64,000 nt of DNA, from the NCBI GenBank assembly GCA_965153285.1, contig OZ229119.1, one strand, 5' to 3'. Positions 27,078-40,720 of this stretch are shown piece after piece; positions within the stretch are counted from its first letter, which is position 1; each line of letters starts with the position of its first letter. The notes under the pieces were generated by a model. That model saw only the letters and a list, made by a program, of their open reading frames with translations, did no database searches and was not told where the DNA came from. The translations under genes were made by a program, and so were the position numbers. Source of the DNA: Podarcis tiliguerta (lineage: Eukaryota).

Positions 27078-27426
27078 TTGTGGCGCTGTGGGTTAAACCA
27101 CATAGCCTAGGGCTTGCCGATCAGAAGGTTGGTGGTTCGAATCCCCGTGATGGGGTGAGCTCCCGTTGCTCGGTCCCTGCTCCTGCCAACCTAGCAGTTC
27201 GAAAGCACGTCAAAGTGCAAGTAGATAAATAGGTACCGTTCCAGCGGGAAGGTAAATGGCATTTCCATGTGCTGCTCTCGTTCACCAGTAGCGGCTTAGT
27301 CATGCTGGCCACATGACCTGGAAGCTGTATGCCGGCTCCCTCAGCCAATAAAGCGAGATGAGCGCCGCAATGCCAGAGTCGGTCACAACTGGACCTAATG
27401 GTCAGGGGGCCCTTTACCTTTACCTT
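27078..27426 (+). mobile_element. Sauria SINE (Squam1)
   Basis: GTGGCGCTGTGGGTTAAACC...GGTTCGAATCCCC head with a (CCTTTA)n tail. Confidence 0.9.
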
Positions 27427-28194
27427 AAAAGATGTGTCTGTGCAACTTAAAGGCAGGGTGAAATGTGAGCTGGAAAATGGGCTGAGTCTGAGTATAGAAA
27501 TGTTGTTAGGCAGTGCCCCGCAAGCATTAGGTCTTTTACATTGGGCCCCAATCTCCTGCAACCCTGACTTTTTAAAAACCTTATCTTTACTTAAGGGGTG
27601 ACTGGGCATGTTGCAAAGTACAATGCCAGTGAGACCCTAGCCACTTATTTAACTTACTCTTCTCTCTCTCTTTCCACATTATAGGTTTTAATAGCTCATT
27701 CATCACCATGTAGTCTGAGGGTGGGTTATATACTGCTTAGTACAACTGAACCATATAATGGCTTCTTGTGGGAAGAGGTGCATCTCTTTACCTAAAATAG
27801 ATGCACAGTTGAGGTCAAATACCCATTGGAGATTCCACAATCTGAGGACCACCACAGAAAGGTCTTCTCATGCACTGCTGTCCCTCAAACTTGTCAATGT
27901 AAGCACCTTGAGTTGATCTCAGAAGCACACCCAGGGCACAGCATTCTGCACCACTTGGGGCTTCTGAATGACTGAACAGCCCCATGGAGCCACCCTCCAA
28001 GTATGCCATGATCCATGGTATCACAAGCTTCTGAAAAGTCTCCTGACAAAGGTTACCAGCCAGGGTGATCAAGGAATGTGTGTACATGCAAATTTGTGTC
28101 ATGAGCCTGAGTCTTTAAGGTAGAAAGGGTACCTGCTTGAGCATATGGAAATGGAATAGCTTCAGTGTGCAGACTCAGCTTTTTCAATGCATTC

Positions 28195-28730
28195 GGACAT
28201 CCTCTGAAGATGATTCAGAAACTGCAGCTAATGCAGAATGCAGCTGCTATACTTGTCAACTAGAACACAAGTAGGCATGCACATACATCACCAGTAATTT
28301 CTTTCTGTACCCAAATCAAAGTGCTGGTCTTAACCATTAAAGCCTTACATTGCTCAGAAGTACCATACCTGATGGAGCAGCTCTGCTCATATGAACCTGC
28401 CTGGACCAACATTTGAGGCCCTTCTCTGCATGCCACCTCCAAGGTGGACCCAGATGGTGGGAAGAAGAGAATTGTCTTCTCTCTAAAAGTCCCCAATTTG
28501 TGGAATGTCCTCTGCAGGAATGTTCTCTGCTATCTCTCACCAATGTTCTCATCATTTCGGTGCCTGGCAAACACATTTTTGTTTTCCTGAACATTTGGGC
28601 CGCATCAGTGATATGATAATGCATTGCTAAATCTGTTCTTAATATGTTGATGTGATTTTATTTTATTTTTTACTTGGCTACAAATCACTCCAGGACTTTT
28701 TCTGTGGGGAGCAATGCATAAATTTAATAA
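28195..28730 (+). mobile_element. Old L2-clade LINE 3' fragment
   Basis: Decayed KLQL.QNAAA...KVLVLT.KAL segment followed by an AT-rich tail. Confidence 0.6.
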
Positions 28731-29813
28731 ACCTAACCCAAATAAATCTTAAAGGCTTTTGTTAGTCTGGACCTCACACGGGCTTCTTCAGAGCTGTTGC
28801 TGATGGTGGTTTAATATCATTATACTTGGTTTTTTTCCTAATTGTCCATGACAATATTGGTGCTTGTTTCCTGTACTTAGTAAAATTTTTCTATCTAGCA
28901 AAATAGAATTTTAAAAAATCTATTACCAACCACTTATACTCTGGAGCCAGCAGAGAAATGACTTGTCTATAGCGTTTCTTATTTTATTTTTGCTAAGCAT
29001 GATCTCTGCTGGAACTCTGGAGTGGTGGAAGTTGTTGAAATTCTATAGTTGTCCCTGATTGATATTTGTATGCAGGGACCGGAGCAGGAGCTTAAGCTGC
29101 AAATACAAATCCTTTCTTCTTCTTCTTAAAATCATCCCTTAAGTCAAAACAAAGAAAGAATTAATTCCTGTCTGTTGTGGTTCTCACACAAAACATTACA
29201 GCATTGCCGTTTGCAGGTAACTATAAAGTTGATTTACAGTTAGCAATCGTTAACACAAAGCATTGCTAAAGCCCACCAAGTTCTGAGATATTATAATCTT
29301 TCCCTTGTAAGATACGATGACTGTGCTAGTTCAGTCACGAAGGAAGGAGGGGGAGGGAGAGACTTTCCATTCCCAAGGCAAGCTATTAGTTTAGATAAAC
29401 ATTCTACACTCTGAAGTGCTTATCACTTTTAAAGATAAAAGTTCTCCTCTCCTGAAGAGTCATACAGAAGAGTGGCCTTCCCTGTTTCCTTTTAACCTTG
29501 CCGCTCCATCTATTAGGCTCCACACTGCTTCAGGTGTGCTGTTTTTGCACCCTATTGCTCTGTCCTTTTGTTTTCTGATTCTCCATGACCGCAGGGATGC
29601 TGATGAGATTTCTCCATCTTACTGAAAAGGGAAAGGAAAGCAGACCCGACGAGTCTAATCTCTGTGACCAGGGTTAACCCACCTGGTGCCACTGGATTCA
29701 TCAGAGACTCATCAGTCACAGAAAAACAAAATATGCTGGAGATCAACAACTCAAAATAAGGATAAGCATTTCATTACACTGTTTTGGGAAGAAAGTGGTG
29801 GGATTAGTCATAC

Positions 29814-29999
29814 TCTCCAGAAAGGTTGATGCCTAGCAATGAGAAGAATGATTTCTGTGAAAGGAAGAGGTGAACGAAAGTCATAGGAGTGGGTGTTCTG
29901 CGTGGCGATGAATGACTATTCGAGAAAGTTGACTGCTTCTTTGGGGAAACTGACAGCTCATGAGGGGAAAAAATCACATTTGCTGTTGTTGGCAATTGT
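29814..29999 (-). CDS. Internal exon E (QLPTTANVIFSPHELSVSPKKQSTFSNSHSSPRRTPTPMTFVHLFLSQKSFFSLLGINLSGE, phase 2->2)
   Basis: Acceptor gttgtctcttgagacag, donor GA|gtatga; a 186-nt open frame joining exons D and F. An internal alternative acceptor (cctttcacag, exon start 29854) also exists. Confidence 0.6.
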
Positions 30000-31952
30000 C
30001 TGTCTCAAGAGACAACGGAGTGTGCCTCCAAGGTTGGAGTAAAACTACTGGAAAATCATAGCACCTGTTGTGATTATAGAGACCAGTAACTTGTAACTTC
30101 TGTCTCATGCATTGTTTTTGCTGCGTAAGCAGCAGTAACATGACCTCTCTGGGGCACAAGCATCAGTTTTGTATGGGCTGCCCAGGCGACAAGACTCTCC
30201 TCTTGGCCTCAATGATTTGGTCCTAAAGAAAGCAGAGCAATATGTTTGGCAGCAGCTTGGCTACAGTAGTTGCTGGAAGGAGGCATACATGACACCATCC
30301 AACCATCTTAGGGACTCCACTCCAGATTTGTGTACAGTTTATACCTTAGCCTTTTCTTCTCCTGAAAAAATGCTCACTGGGAGAACTTGGGCCACTCACT
30401 GTTTCTCATCCTTAATTTATCTCACAAGATAGTTGGGAGGATAAAATGGTCCATATAAGTCACCCTGAGGGAGTTAGAGGAAAGGTAGTATAATGGATAT
30501 CATAAAATAGGTAGGTAGGTAGACATACAGACTTGGAAAGATGCTTCAGATTGTGTTGCTGGACTTCAACTCCCATCATCCCTGACCACTGGTTGTGTTT
30601 GCTGGGGCTGATGAGAGTTTTAGTCCAACAATATCTAGAGAGCATCGTGTTGTCTACCCCTGGTCTAGAACTACAAGTTTTAAACTTCAGTGATAAAATC
30701 GTAACAGATTTGTCTGTTTAAAGTCCTGTAAATCAAACACTTAACATCCCAATTAAATGGTTTCTTGTATAGGTGGTATTCCAGTTCAAGGACAGAGAAC
30801 AGTATTAGACTTCTTGAACCACTGCAATCTTGGTAAAAGATTAAGAAGGAACGCAAGTCCTCCTCACTTCCTTTTTTAAATTTTCTGCTGAAGCTTGAGC
30901 TATACAACTCTTTTCCAGAATTCTCTTCATATTTCAGAAGCTTTCAACTTCACATTTTACCTGAGACAACTCCTCTTCCATGGTTTATTACTCTTGGCTG
31001 CATTTTCAGATGGATGGGGAAAACTATGCAGAAATCGAGGCACATAACTGTACTCAGAAGCTGGCAACTGGAGATTCTCTTCCTTGATCATTTTGCACTC
31101 ATGTTAGATAGCTTTCTAATGTTTGTATTTACAAACAATATTGGAGATTCAATAGATGTGTAAGTAGCAATATCTTTAGTGATATTCTAAACATTTCATT
31201 TTACCCCAAGCATATATGGTAGTCTTTCTATCCTTAATCTATAAAACAACAAGCAAATAAATAAATACATGGGCTCTGCCTTTATCATATCAGATCTGGC
31301 ACCGTGCTTAAGTTCTTCATTATCCTTTCTGACTCTTGTAGGGTACAATTATTAAGATCCATTTAATCAGCTAAGAAAGGAAGCCAGAACTACACATTTA
31401 ATACATTAGCATACTACTGGCTCCTGGAAAAGAATTGATACTCAGGAAATATCATACCTTTCCCTTTTTAATGTGCTTTTGGCAAAGCTCCCTGACTCTT
31501 CAAAAATTACACTTAGCATGAGATACTCCAGCCAGACTTGTCACTCGTACCAAAAAATTACAGACGCATTAGTACAGTTCACCCTCAATTATTCCAACTT
31601 ACCCATTAGTGGAATGATTAATAACCCAGATATTTTAAATGGCATATAAAACCTTTCACAGTAACATTTTCATACAGTTTGCTAGAGACAGTAGCTGCTG
31701 GGTTGCTTTGAAAGATTTACACTTTGATCCTAAATATGGAAATGATTCTTCCTGAGTTTAATGGGACCAGTTTCCAAACGAATATGATAATATTCCAGGC
31801 TTAAGAAATAAGGTGCCATCTTGTACTGCTGGGAGGGGACTACAGCTCCCATCATCCCTGACCATTGGGCATGCTGAGTGGGACTGATAAGATTTGGAGT
31901 CCTACCACATGTGGAGGATGAGAAGTTCCTCATCCTTGCACTAAGGCCTATA

Positions 31953-32215
31953 CAGTGGTGCCTCGCAAGACGAAATTAATTCATTCTGCAAGTTTTTTCG
32001 TCTTGTGAATTTTTTCGTCTTGCGAAGCACCGCTGTGTATTGACGGTTTCCCATAGGAATGCATTGGCGGTTTTTAAAAAAAGGCACAAGACGTTCTGTC
32101 TTGCAAAGCAAGCCCATAGGGAAATCCGTCTTGCGAAGCAACTCAGAAAATGAAAAACTCTTTTGTCTTGCGAGTTTTTCGTCTTCCGAGGCATTCGTCT
32201 TGCGAGGTACCACTG
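31953..32215. mobile_element. Tc1/mariner-type MITE
   Basis: Same TIRs and body as 14094-14355; TA TSD. Confidence 0.9.
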
Positions 32216-32365
32216 TATGTCTTTTTGTCTGTTTTATTTTATCCTTACAAATTTCCATGACTGATGTTGGAATTATGGTGACATTGGAATGGAGAGAGAG
32301 TAGGATTCAGGTGATGGAGTGATCTGGGCCTGCTGTAACTGGAGTGTGCTCTTACCTCAAAGGAC

Positions 32366-32819
32366 CATCACGGCCTTGGACCCTCATACCTACAGGACCG
32401 CCTCTCCCGGTATGCCCCACGGAGAGCCTCAAGGTCCATAAATAGCAACACCCTAGTGGTCCCAGTCCCTAAGGAAGTTAGATTAGATTCAACCAGAGAC
32501 AGGGCCTTTTCAACACTGGCTCCGGCCTGGTGGAACGCTCTGCCTCATGAGACCAGGGCCCTGCAGAATCTGATTTCTTTCCGCAGGGCCTGTAAGACAG
32601 AGTTGTTCCATCTGGCCTTTGGCTTGGAGCCAATTTGATTCCCTCCCCCTCTTTCTTTTTTTCTTTTCCTTTCTCCTCCTGCGATGAGGCTACATTTTAA
32701 TATTTTAATGTTGTATTTTAATTTTGTTTTTAAGTTGTATTCATTCAACTTATTTTTATTATTGCTTGTTAGCTGCCCTGAGCCTGGCCTTGGCTGGGGA
32801 GGGCAGGGTATAAATAAAA

Positions 32820-32873
<54 letters not shown>
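32366..32873 (+). mobile_element. L2-clade LINE 3' end with long (TAT)n tail
   Basis: Encodes RAFSTLAPAWWNALP...FRRACKTELF, then a 3' UTR and (ATT)n at ~32820-32873. Similar 3' ends occur at ~37950-38290 and ~53860-54280. Confidence 0.8.
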
Positions 32874-32874
<1 letters not shown>

Positions 32875-34893
32875 GAACATAGGAAGAGTCTACTGGATCA
32901 TCTAGTCCAACATTCTGTTGGAATGTTTGCTATGTAAAGAAGAAGAAGAAGAAGAAGAAAATTGAATTTATATACCGCCCTATACCCAAAGGTATAAAAT
33001 AAAACCACAAAACCACAATCAAAATAAAGGCAACAACAACCCAATAACCACCCGCCCGCCCCCCAATACCCACATTTTAAAAGGACATGGGATGCCAATC
33101 AAATCAACCAAAGTGGTCACCCTCACTGATCAGAGCACCTTGTCCACATCCTTGAGCCTTATCAAGTGAAACTCATCCAACACAGTACTTTCTTTTATGT
33201 GTCCTGAATCTTCCGACATTCAGCTTCCCTGGATATCCACAAGTTCTAGCATTAAGTGCTTGATGGGAAGGATTCCAGGAAAGAGAGGCAAGCAGGCAAA
33301 TATGGCTGTGGAGCCTGCTCCAGATGGACTTCCCTCTCTGCCCTCTACCCTGCTCCACCTTGGATGATGAATCCTCAGTTGTCCTGTGGGTAGGATGCAA
33401 GGAGAAAGAGAGACACCGGCTTGTATTTTTGTGCTGCTTTCTGTGTTTGCTTTTTCTCACCGTCTCTACAGTAAATACATTTTAACTACTTAGCATTACT
33501 GCGCATATAATTTTCCTTTCATGGAAAAGACAGTCTGAGCCCATCAACATTATTCAGAAAAATCCCATTCACCAAGAGTTTTTTCTCTTCTCTTTGACTT
33601 CATGAACTCCTTATATGCTCATGATATAGCAGACGTCAAGGGTATAACAAAACTGTTTTGAGAAGAGGCTAAAGAAGCACCTATCATTGTGTGTTCAATG
33701 TGATAGCTCAAAATACTTTCATCTCTCTTCCTTGATTAGGCAACTCAAATGCAACACTTCTTTAAACTCAAGAATCTTACCTCACAAAGGGAATTCTGTT
33801 AATAATGCCTTCTGAAGTAGGATTTGGGGGCTAACTACAGCAAATTCTTGTTGAACCTTATTTTAGTTTCTTGACATTTGTCTGGTTCTCAATTTTCTAT
33901 TCTCGGTTTTACCGACTGCTTATTCTGCAGTATCCATGCAATTTTTAAAAGCTATTACAATCCAATAACAAAGAAATGTCAAAGTCATAAGCAAAGACTA
34001 GCAGAACCTTAAAAATGAGGCATTGACAGTGGTTGGGTTTTTTTAACATGTAACACTGAAAAAGGAATGATGTTTTTCCACATTTATTACCCAAGGGTGC
34101 ATCGTGTGTGATCCCATCTTCAGTGTTTTATTTCTGTACTGACGAAATTGCAGCCTTCACAAAATTAAAACACATCTTACGTATGTCTCACATGTTGGAT
34201 CCAAGAACAAGGACATGCAAGTTCTTTTTAAAGAGATAACTGAAGAGTGAATAATGAAATGTCTCCAAAGTTACGTTCTCTTTATAGTACAATATGAGAT
34301 TCTTTCAAACGAAGACTGTATTATCCTGTTGGTTTGGGAAGGTTACTCACTGTGTAAAGAAACCGCGAAATGGGTCTGCCCAAATATCGAAAAGCAACAG
34401 GAGTCAAGAAAACTTCATCAGTTGTACTTATTGGGGAAGAACAGATCAATAACTCAACACAACAGCTACACAGGTAAGACTAAGGTTTCAAGAGAGTGGA
34501 TGTAGTTTGTGTTACAGACCAAGCATATCTCTTAAAAACGCCAGCCATACACACTATGAAGACTGCATCATTCCATGTCAAGATAATTTATTAGGGTGAA
34601 ATAAAATGGTCAAAGGACACATATGCCTTAGTACAAAGCTGGGGAACCTGTGGTCCTCCACATCTGGTTGGACTCCAACTTCCATCAGCCCCAGCCAGTA
34701 TGACTGGAGTCCAGTAGCATCTGGATGGCAACAACTTCTCTATCCCAACCTTAGAAGCATATTTAGTTCATGTGTTCATCTTTCAAAAGCTTATGGAAGA
34801 TGGTAATACAGAGGAAAGAACTGAGTAAAGTGGGTGGTTGAAAAGAAATGTGAAGAGTTTGTGTCTCTTATTCACAATCATATACACACTTAC

Positions 34894-34944
34894 TTGAAAG
34901 TAAAGCCCCTCCCCAGAACCTCCTCTTGCACTTTGGGCTCCCAC
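34894..34944 (-). CDS. Internal exon D (WEPKVQEEVLGRGFTF, phase 2->2)
   Basis: Strong acceptor tctcctgtcttggctgcag and donor CAA|gtaagt; in frame with exons C and E. Confidence 0.7.
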
Positions 34945-34971
34945 CTGCAGCCAAGACAGGAGACTGTATAT

Positions 34972-35388
34972 CATGCAGGGCAACCAAGATGATCAAGGGT
35001 CTGGAAACCAAGCCTTATGAGGAACGATTGAAGGAGCTGGGTATGTTTAGCTTGGAAAAGAGGAGACTGAGGGGAGATACAATAGCCATCTTCAAATATC
35101 TCATGGACTGTCACATCAAAGATGGAGCAAGCTTGTTTTCTTCTGCTCACATCCAAACCAAGTTACAAGGAGGGAGATTTCACCTAAACATCAGGAGAAC
35201 TTTCTGACAGTAAGAACTCTTCAACAGCGGAACAGACTCCCTTGGGAGGTTGTGGACTCTTCTTCCTTGGATGTTTTTAAGCAAAGGTTAGATGACCATA
35301 TGTCATGGATGCTTTAGCTGAGATCCCTGCATTGCAGCAGTTTGGACTAGATGGCGTTTGGGGTCCCTTCCATCTCTATGATTCTGTG
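34972..35388 (+). mobile_element. CR1 LINE 3' fragment (older subfamily)
   Basis: [34 protein letters not shown] followed by a TCTATGATTCTGTGA tail. Confidence 0.9.
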
Positions 35389-37228
35389 ACCCCACAAGTC
35401 TATATACGAAAGTGCCTAGATCATGGACTGAGAGTACATGGTATTTCACAGAAGTGCCTTTTTTACTTTACTATCCACTAGCACAAAACAGATAAAATAT
35501 AGGACCTTTGATGTCTAGATGAAAATGGTTAACCTCATTTTCCACAGAATAGTGGGTCCCTGAGATACAGATTACCCTGTCCTGACTTCAAGTGGGAGTC
35601 CACAGCACAGGAATTGGTTTTGGGGAGGGCACTGACTTAGCTGGAGCCAGTGCATTAGGGTACCAGGTGTGGTCAGGCTACAGGACCTTGAATAGGTCCT
35701 ACAAACACGTCCTGCCCAAGGTCACAACCTTGGCTCTGCCTTGGAACTTTGACACTAATTTCTACTTGCCTGCCTCTGACTTATCTCACTTCCTAACCTG
35801 TTCTCCTAGGACCTCATCTCCTAGTATAACCAACTCCTTGATTCTACCTGGAAATGCCACCCACAGAAAACAGATCTTTCCAACTCAATGAAGATTGTGG
35901 TGTTTCAGGGTGTTCAAAGCCCCTGGAAGCTCCACCATCTAAGAGTTGGTCATGTCATATTTGACCATGCAACCATTATCAATAGTGTCTGATTATCAAA
36001 ACTTTTCTTGGCAATGCTGTTTGCCTTCTAGATGCTCCATCAGACGTTTCTAATTTTCTTTTTCTTAAAGCGCTGTGCATAAAAGCGGTCAGTGTGCCAT
36101 GCTTTTCCTTAGAATAGCTTCCCAACAATTAGGCACTGTTTTATTGGCTAGTTTGCTGACCATGTCAACAGAGCTTGCCAATGACTTAGTTTTTAATTTA
36201 GGAAACATATGCTTAATGGTTGTAGTGTTCAAAGTTTCATCGTAATCAAATTTTGTAGAACTGCTTTGATTTCATTTCATTTAGAATTTGGCAGGGAAAA
36301 TGTCTGGAAGGTGGAAAACAAACATTCTTGTTTATGTACTTTCTCCTGCCCACAGTGGAGACAGAGCATGAATTAATTACGATTCTGTGTGAAGGCAACA
36401 CCTGGATGACTAGGTTTTGATATATTTTATTACAGCTTTTTCTGATTACATCTTTGCCTGTCGTTTTTCTCTATTCACAGTTCCAAAGATGATTTCTTTT
36501 ATTGGTAAACATTATTGCATTTTCTGAAAGTAGGCTGGGGTTTATTTATTTATTTTTGTTGTTGCTTAAGTTTTTATTTGAGTCTACGTTTTCAGAGTGC
36601 TTACAAAAAACGAGTGTTAAAAATGGCTGTCTATATCGTTCTTTGTTTTAAATGCTGGTCTCAAATGTAATCCCAGTTAAGTATTGTCCTAGGTCTGATT
36701 ACACAAACATTATGATTGATAAACGAATATGGTATTGATAGCTGATACAACCTATTGAGATATGATAGATGGGGCTGAGTTAGACTCTATATTTTTATTT
36801 AAAATGTATTCTGTTGTCCTCTAAAATGACAAGCCTAACTTCAAATGATGGAGAAGCTGCTATGGTCCTGAGAATATTAGCCATAAATATAAACTAACAA
36901 GATAAAATATTGCTGTGTTCTTTCTTGCCTATGAGAACTGTATTGCCCCATTTTCAGATTCATCAGTGTATTTGTTCTTTCACTGTCAGTACAAACAAAA
37001 AAAAATGACTGCATTCAGGGCACAAAAAACAGTAAATTCCCTACTCTTCCTTTCTCTGCAACAAACACAACTTATCCCCAAATAACATGCAAAACAAGAT
37101 AATGGACCCCCAAGGACTACAAAGATCCTGTGAAATGGGTCGGTTAATTGACCAAAGCCCCATCTAAGTCTCAACACCTAGACTCAGGAATGTTTCGATT
37201 AGGATTCATTGCCATATTATTTTCATAC

Positions 37229-37326
37229 CTTGTTAAAATAACATATGCGACATCTTTCTGTCCCCAGCAGTTTAAAGTAGGAAGTCTTTTATCCTGCCGG
37301 ATCCTGAAAGTGTGCCATATATAATT
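37229..37326 (-). CDS. Internal exon C (NYIWHTFRIRQDKRLPTLNCWGQKDVAYVILTR; alternative start 37303)
   Basis: Two in-frame acceptors (tattttaaacag; cacactttcag) and donor AAG|gtatga; its phase 2 end matches exon D. Confidence 0.65.
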
Positions 37327-37369
37327 CTGTTTAAAATAGTGTGTTCTGACCTGCTGCACCTCTGGGAGG

Positions 37370-38241
37370 TATGATTGTGTGCCAAGGCGGTCCCCTAGTG
37401 GATAAAAAAAGCACACGAACACGTGGATTTCGGTTTATGGGTTCAAATAGGCCACAGATTTATCGGTTAGAGAGATGAGCATTTTGGCTTAGGCATTGAG
37501 TGAAGCCAGACTATATCTCAACTCCTGCCCATTTGCTGGGAGTCCAACTACATATGCTTCAGGTTACATACGCTTCAGGTTACAGAGTCCACTAACCCAG
37601 AAATAATACCTCGGGTTAAGAACTTTGCTTCAGAATGAGAACAGAAATCGTGCTCCGGCAGCGCGGCAACAGCAGGAGGCCCCATTAGCTAAAGTGGTGC
37701 TTCAGGTTAAGAACAGTTTCAGGTTAAGAACGGACCTCTGGAACGAATTAAGTACTTAACCCAAGGTACCACTGTAAGGGTAAACCACCAATAAGGCAAG
37801 CCCTATGACTTGCATAAAAAGGGGCACCCCGATGGGTCCCCATTGGAGTAGTGGTGTGGCCCTATCCCATGTCCAGGCATTGGACACCCCTGGACCCTTT
37901 AACAGTGAGGGGTGAGGGGAGAGACTTCATCATGAAGGCCTCCTTCCACCTGCCTTGCCCCACCCTCCAGTCTCTGCTTCTCATTTTGTATTGTATTATG
38001 TTGTGCACTGTAGTTTGCTGTTGTTTTATTAATTGGAGTTTAGAAATTACTTATTGTAACTGTTGAGTAGATTTATGTTTAATTTGGAAATGCTGATATT
38101 TAATATTATTCTATATTGTTTAATGAATGTTGAATGTTATTTTATTTGCATATTGTATATTGTATTATGCATATTGTCTTATTTATATGATGTTAGCCGC
38201 TCTGAGCCTGGCTTTGGCTGGGGAGAGCGGGATACAAATAA

Positions 38242-38292
<51 letters not shown>

Positions 38293-38810
38293 CCCTTAAT
38301 GAGGGGCAGGCGGAGGCTACAACCTCCCCTCCATCCCAACAAAGGCTTACCCAATGCCTAACCTCACAAAGTTGTGACAATTGCTACAAGGCAGGCGAAA
38401 ACCAAATGGTGGAGCCGATTTGCCAAGTGGAAAAATTCCTGCCTGGTCCCAAGAATATGACAACCGTCCTTAGTCCTCAGCAAAGCCGTACACATCAAAG
38501 CAGAAAAAAGAAAGTGAGGCGGGTGGGAGATCCAGCAAAGCATGCGATAGGACGGCCTCCTCGCCATGCTTGAGTTTAAATTCCCTGCAGACACACCTGT
38601 CAGCGCTGATTGGACAGTGAGACCCGCCCTTTGGGTGGGGCCTTGCCCAGCACCAATGGAATGGGGAAGTGGAGGTGGGGAGAGTCTCTGACCCTTGGCC
38701 AGGTCATGCGGAGCCCAGGGCCCAGCCGCAACGCCGCCTACAAAAAAGGTAAGGCTGTTGGCAGAGTCAAAGACTCAAGGGGCCATTTTGTGGCTTGAAT
38801 AGCCACTCCA
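37370..38810 (-). repeat. Diverged LTR-like/Ngaro-DIRS-like dispersed repeat, copy 3 (interrupted by a MITE and an L2 tail)
   Basis: Collinear similarity to copies 1 and 2; minus strand carries a GC box, CCAAT and TTTAAA motifs. Confidence 0.5.
37549..37774. mobile_element. Tigger-like MITE, left end missing
   Basis: Ends CTTAACCCAAGGTACCACTG-TA; body matches 49643-49869. Confidence 0.85.
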
Positions 38811-39689
38811 CTACCTTCCCACCTGCCTTCAATGCACTATGAATCTGACACCAATTTCACAAAATTCTCAATGGGATTCTTTCCTTTTCTCAAGCTTATA
38901 CATGGGCCAAACTGGATCTTTGTCACATTGCTCAACCCTTTGAAGTTGGGTTGCAGTTTTTTTAGCAAATAGCCAGTGTGGATGAACCCAAACTGTGAAT
39001 AGCCAACCTGCACCAGTTATTTGATAAAGAAAAATCAGCTATGAAAGACCAAAGTATGTGCTAAAACACAGAGACCTCTAGTCCAATGACCAAAGTCCAG
39101 TGTTCCACCAGTATCTGGGTTACTGCTGGATCACCCATTGGTGAGACAATAGTTTTTAAAGCATTTGAACAAACAAGGCATAGAAAATAGGATCTAAATT
39201 AAAATTCAAAGCACTCCCAACATAAAAGTCACCGAGGCCTAATGCAGTATAATAATAAGTTAAAAGAAATAATTTTTATTTGCAGCAGGAAAATATTAAA
39301 AATGTATTTGAGACTGTTGGGGCTGACTCATTGGGGGAATCAATAATTAATTGGCAGGAAAGTTGTGGCTCACTTATAAATATCAAAGACTTTTAATAAT
39401 TACTTTACAAATCCAAATTAGCACACACCACACAGGCTTCAAACTGTGTGGGGCACAGAAGCACGTTAAGAAGCTGCATGATTCAGAATTCATCCAACTA
39501 AACTGCGGTTCTTTCTTTGAATTATTGCTGGCACGCCACGCAAATCCCCATTTGAACATGAAAGAGAAGTTGCTATAGATCACGAATGGCTTTCCAGACA
39601 TTGTTGGACTGTGCTGACCATGGCTGGTGAGAGCCTCAACAACAGCTGGAGGAGCACAGCTTCCCCATCTTTGTTAGATCTGGTATATA

Positions 39690-40010
39690 GGTCACACCTG
39701 TACCATATATTTAAAGCACTAGTATGATTTTAAATATATATGTAAAGCACTATCATGGTTTCCGCAAGGAATCCTGGAACCGTCTTTTGTTCAGGAACCC
39801 CCTATTCCCCTCACAGAGCTACAGTTCCCAAAGTGGTTTAACAATGAATCCCTCTCCTCTGAGAACCTTGGAGATTGTAGTTCTGCAAGAGAATAATTGG
39901 TTTCACATCAACTATCCTTTGCAAACTACAGTTCCATGGATACTTTGAAGGAAGCAATGGCTGTTTAAAGTGATATAACAGTGCCTTAAACGTATGTTGC
40001 AAATGTGGCC
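39690..40010. mobile_element. Palindromic non-autonomous DNA element (PIF/Harbinger-like)
   Basis: Imperfect TIRs GGTCACA / TGTGGCC and a 3-bp TSD ATA; a related shorter copy lies at ~16985-17125. Confidence 0.5.
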
Positions 40011-40117
40011 ATAGTTTAAGTTCTTAGAATAGTCCAAGTTGAACATAACGGTGGGTGCAAAGTAGGGAAGAAATTTAGTTTGATTCACCTTTTGATGTGA
40101 GCCTACTTAATTTACCC

Positions 40118-40720
40118 TGCCAACAAAAGAGGTTTAAAGACTCTCTCAAGGCAAATCGTTAAAAAATGTAGTACAGTGGTACCTTGGTTTACAAACTTAA
40201 TCTGTTCCGGAAGTCCATTCTTAAACCAAAGCATTCTTAAATCAAGGTGCGCTTTCCCAAAGCAGTGAGGGACTCAATTTACAAATGGAACACATTCAAC
40301 AGGAAGTGAAACATGTTCTTATTCCAAGGCAAAGTTCACAAACCAAAACACCTACTTCCGAGTTTGCAGCATTCTTAATCCAAGTTGTTCATAAACTAAG
40401 CTGTTCTTAAACCAAGGTACCACTGTATTAACACCGACAATTAGGAAACACTGCCCTGTGAGTGCTCCAATTGGAGAACAGCCTTTACCAAAAGTGTCAT
40501 GGACTTTTAAAATGCTTGAACTCAGGACGAAAGGGAGAAACATGGTAAGAGAATGGCATATCCTCACTGTGATCAACTCACAGCCAGAAACCTATGTCCC
40601 CACTGTGGAAGGACGTGTGGATCCAGAATTGGCCTCTACAGTCACTTATGGACTCACTGTTAAGACTGTGTTCATGGAAGACAATCTTACTCGGCTATGA
40701 GTGATCGCCAAAGAAAAAGA
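40118..40720 (+). mobile_element. RTE-clade LINE 3' fragment (not BovB), interrupted by a MITE
   Basis: QQKRFKDSLK... and a C-terminal CCHH finger CPHCGRTCGSRIGLYSHLWTH*, with an AAG-like tail. Confidence 0.8.
40174..40425. mobile_element. Tigger-like MITE nested in the RTE fragment
   Basis: TIRs CAGTGGTACCTTGGTTTA / TAAACCAAGGTACCACTG with TA TSD. Confidence 0.9.

Noticed and set aside
34401-34473. Plus-strand exon-like segment ending CAG|gtaaga
   Set aside because: Purine-rich acceptor, and no partner exons found on the + strand.
9201-34944. Alternative frame across exons D, short E and F reading ...WPHDCGHC, then TG|A at the F-G junction (thioredoxin-like CGHC plus possible selenocysteine)
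   Set aside because: The other frame is open through all exons, whereas this one is closed in exon C. There is no thioredoxin context and I saw no SECIS. Most likely a chance shadow frame.
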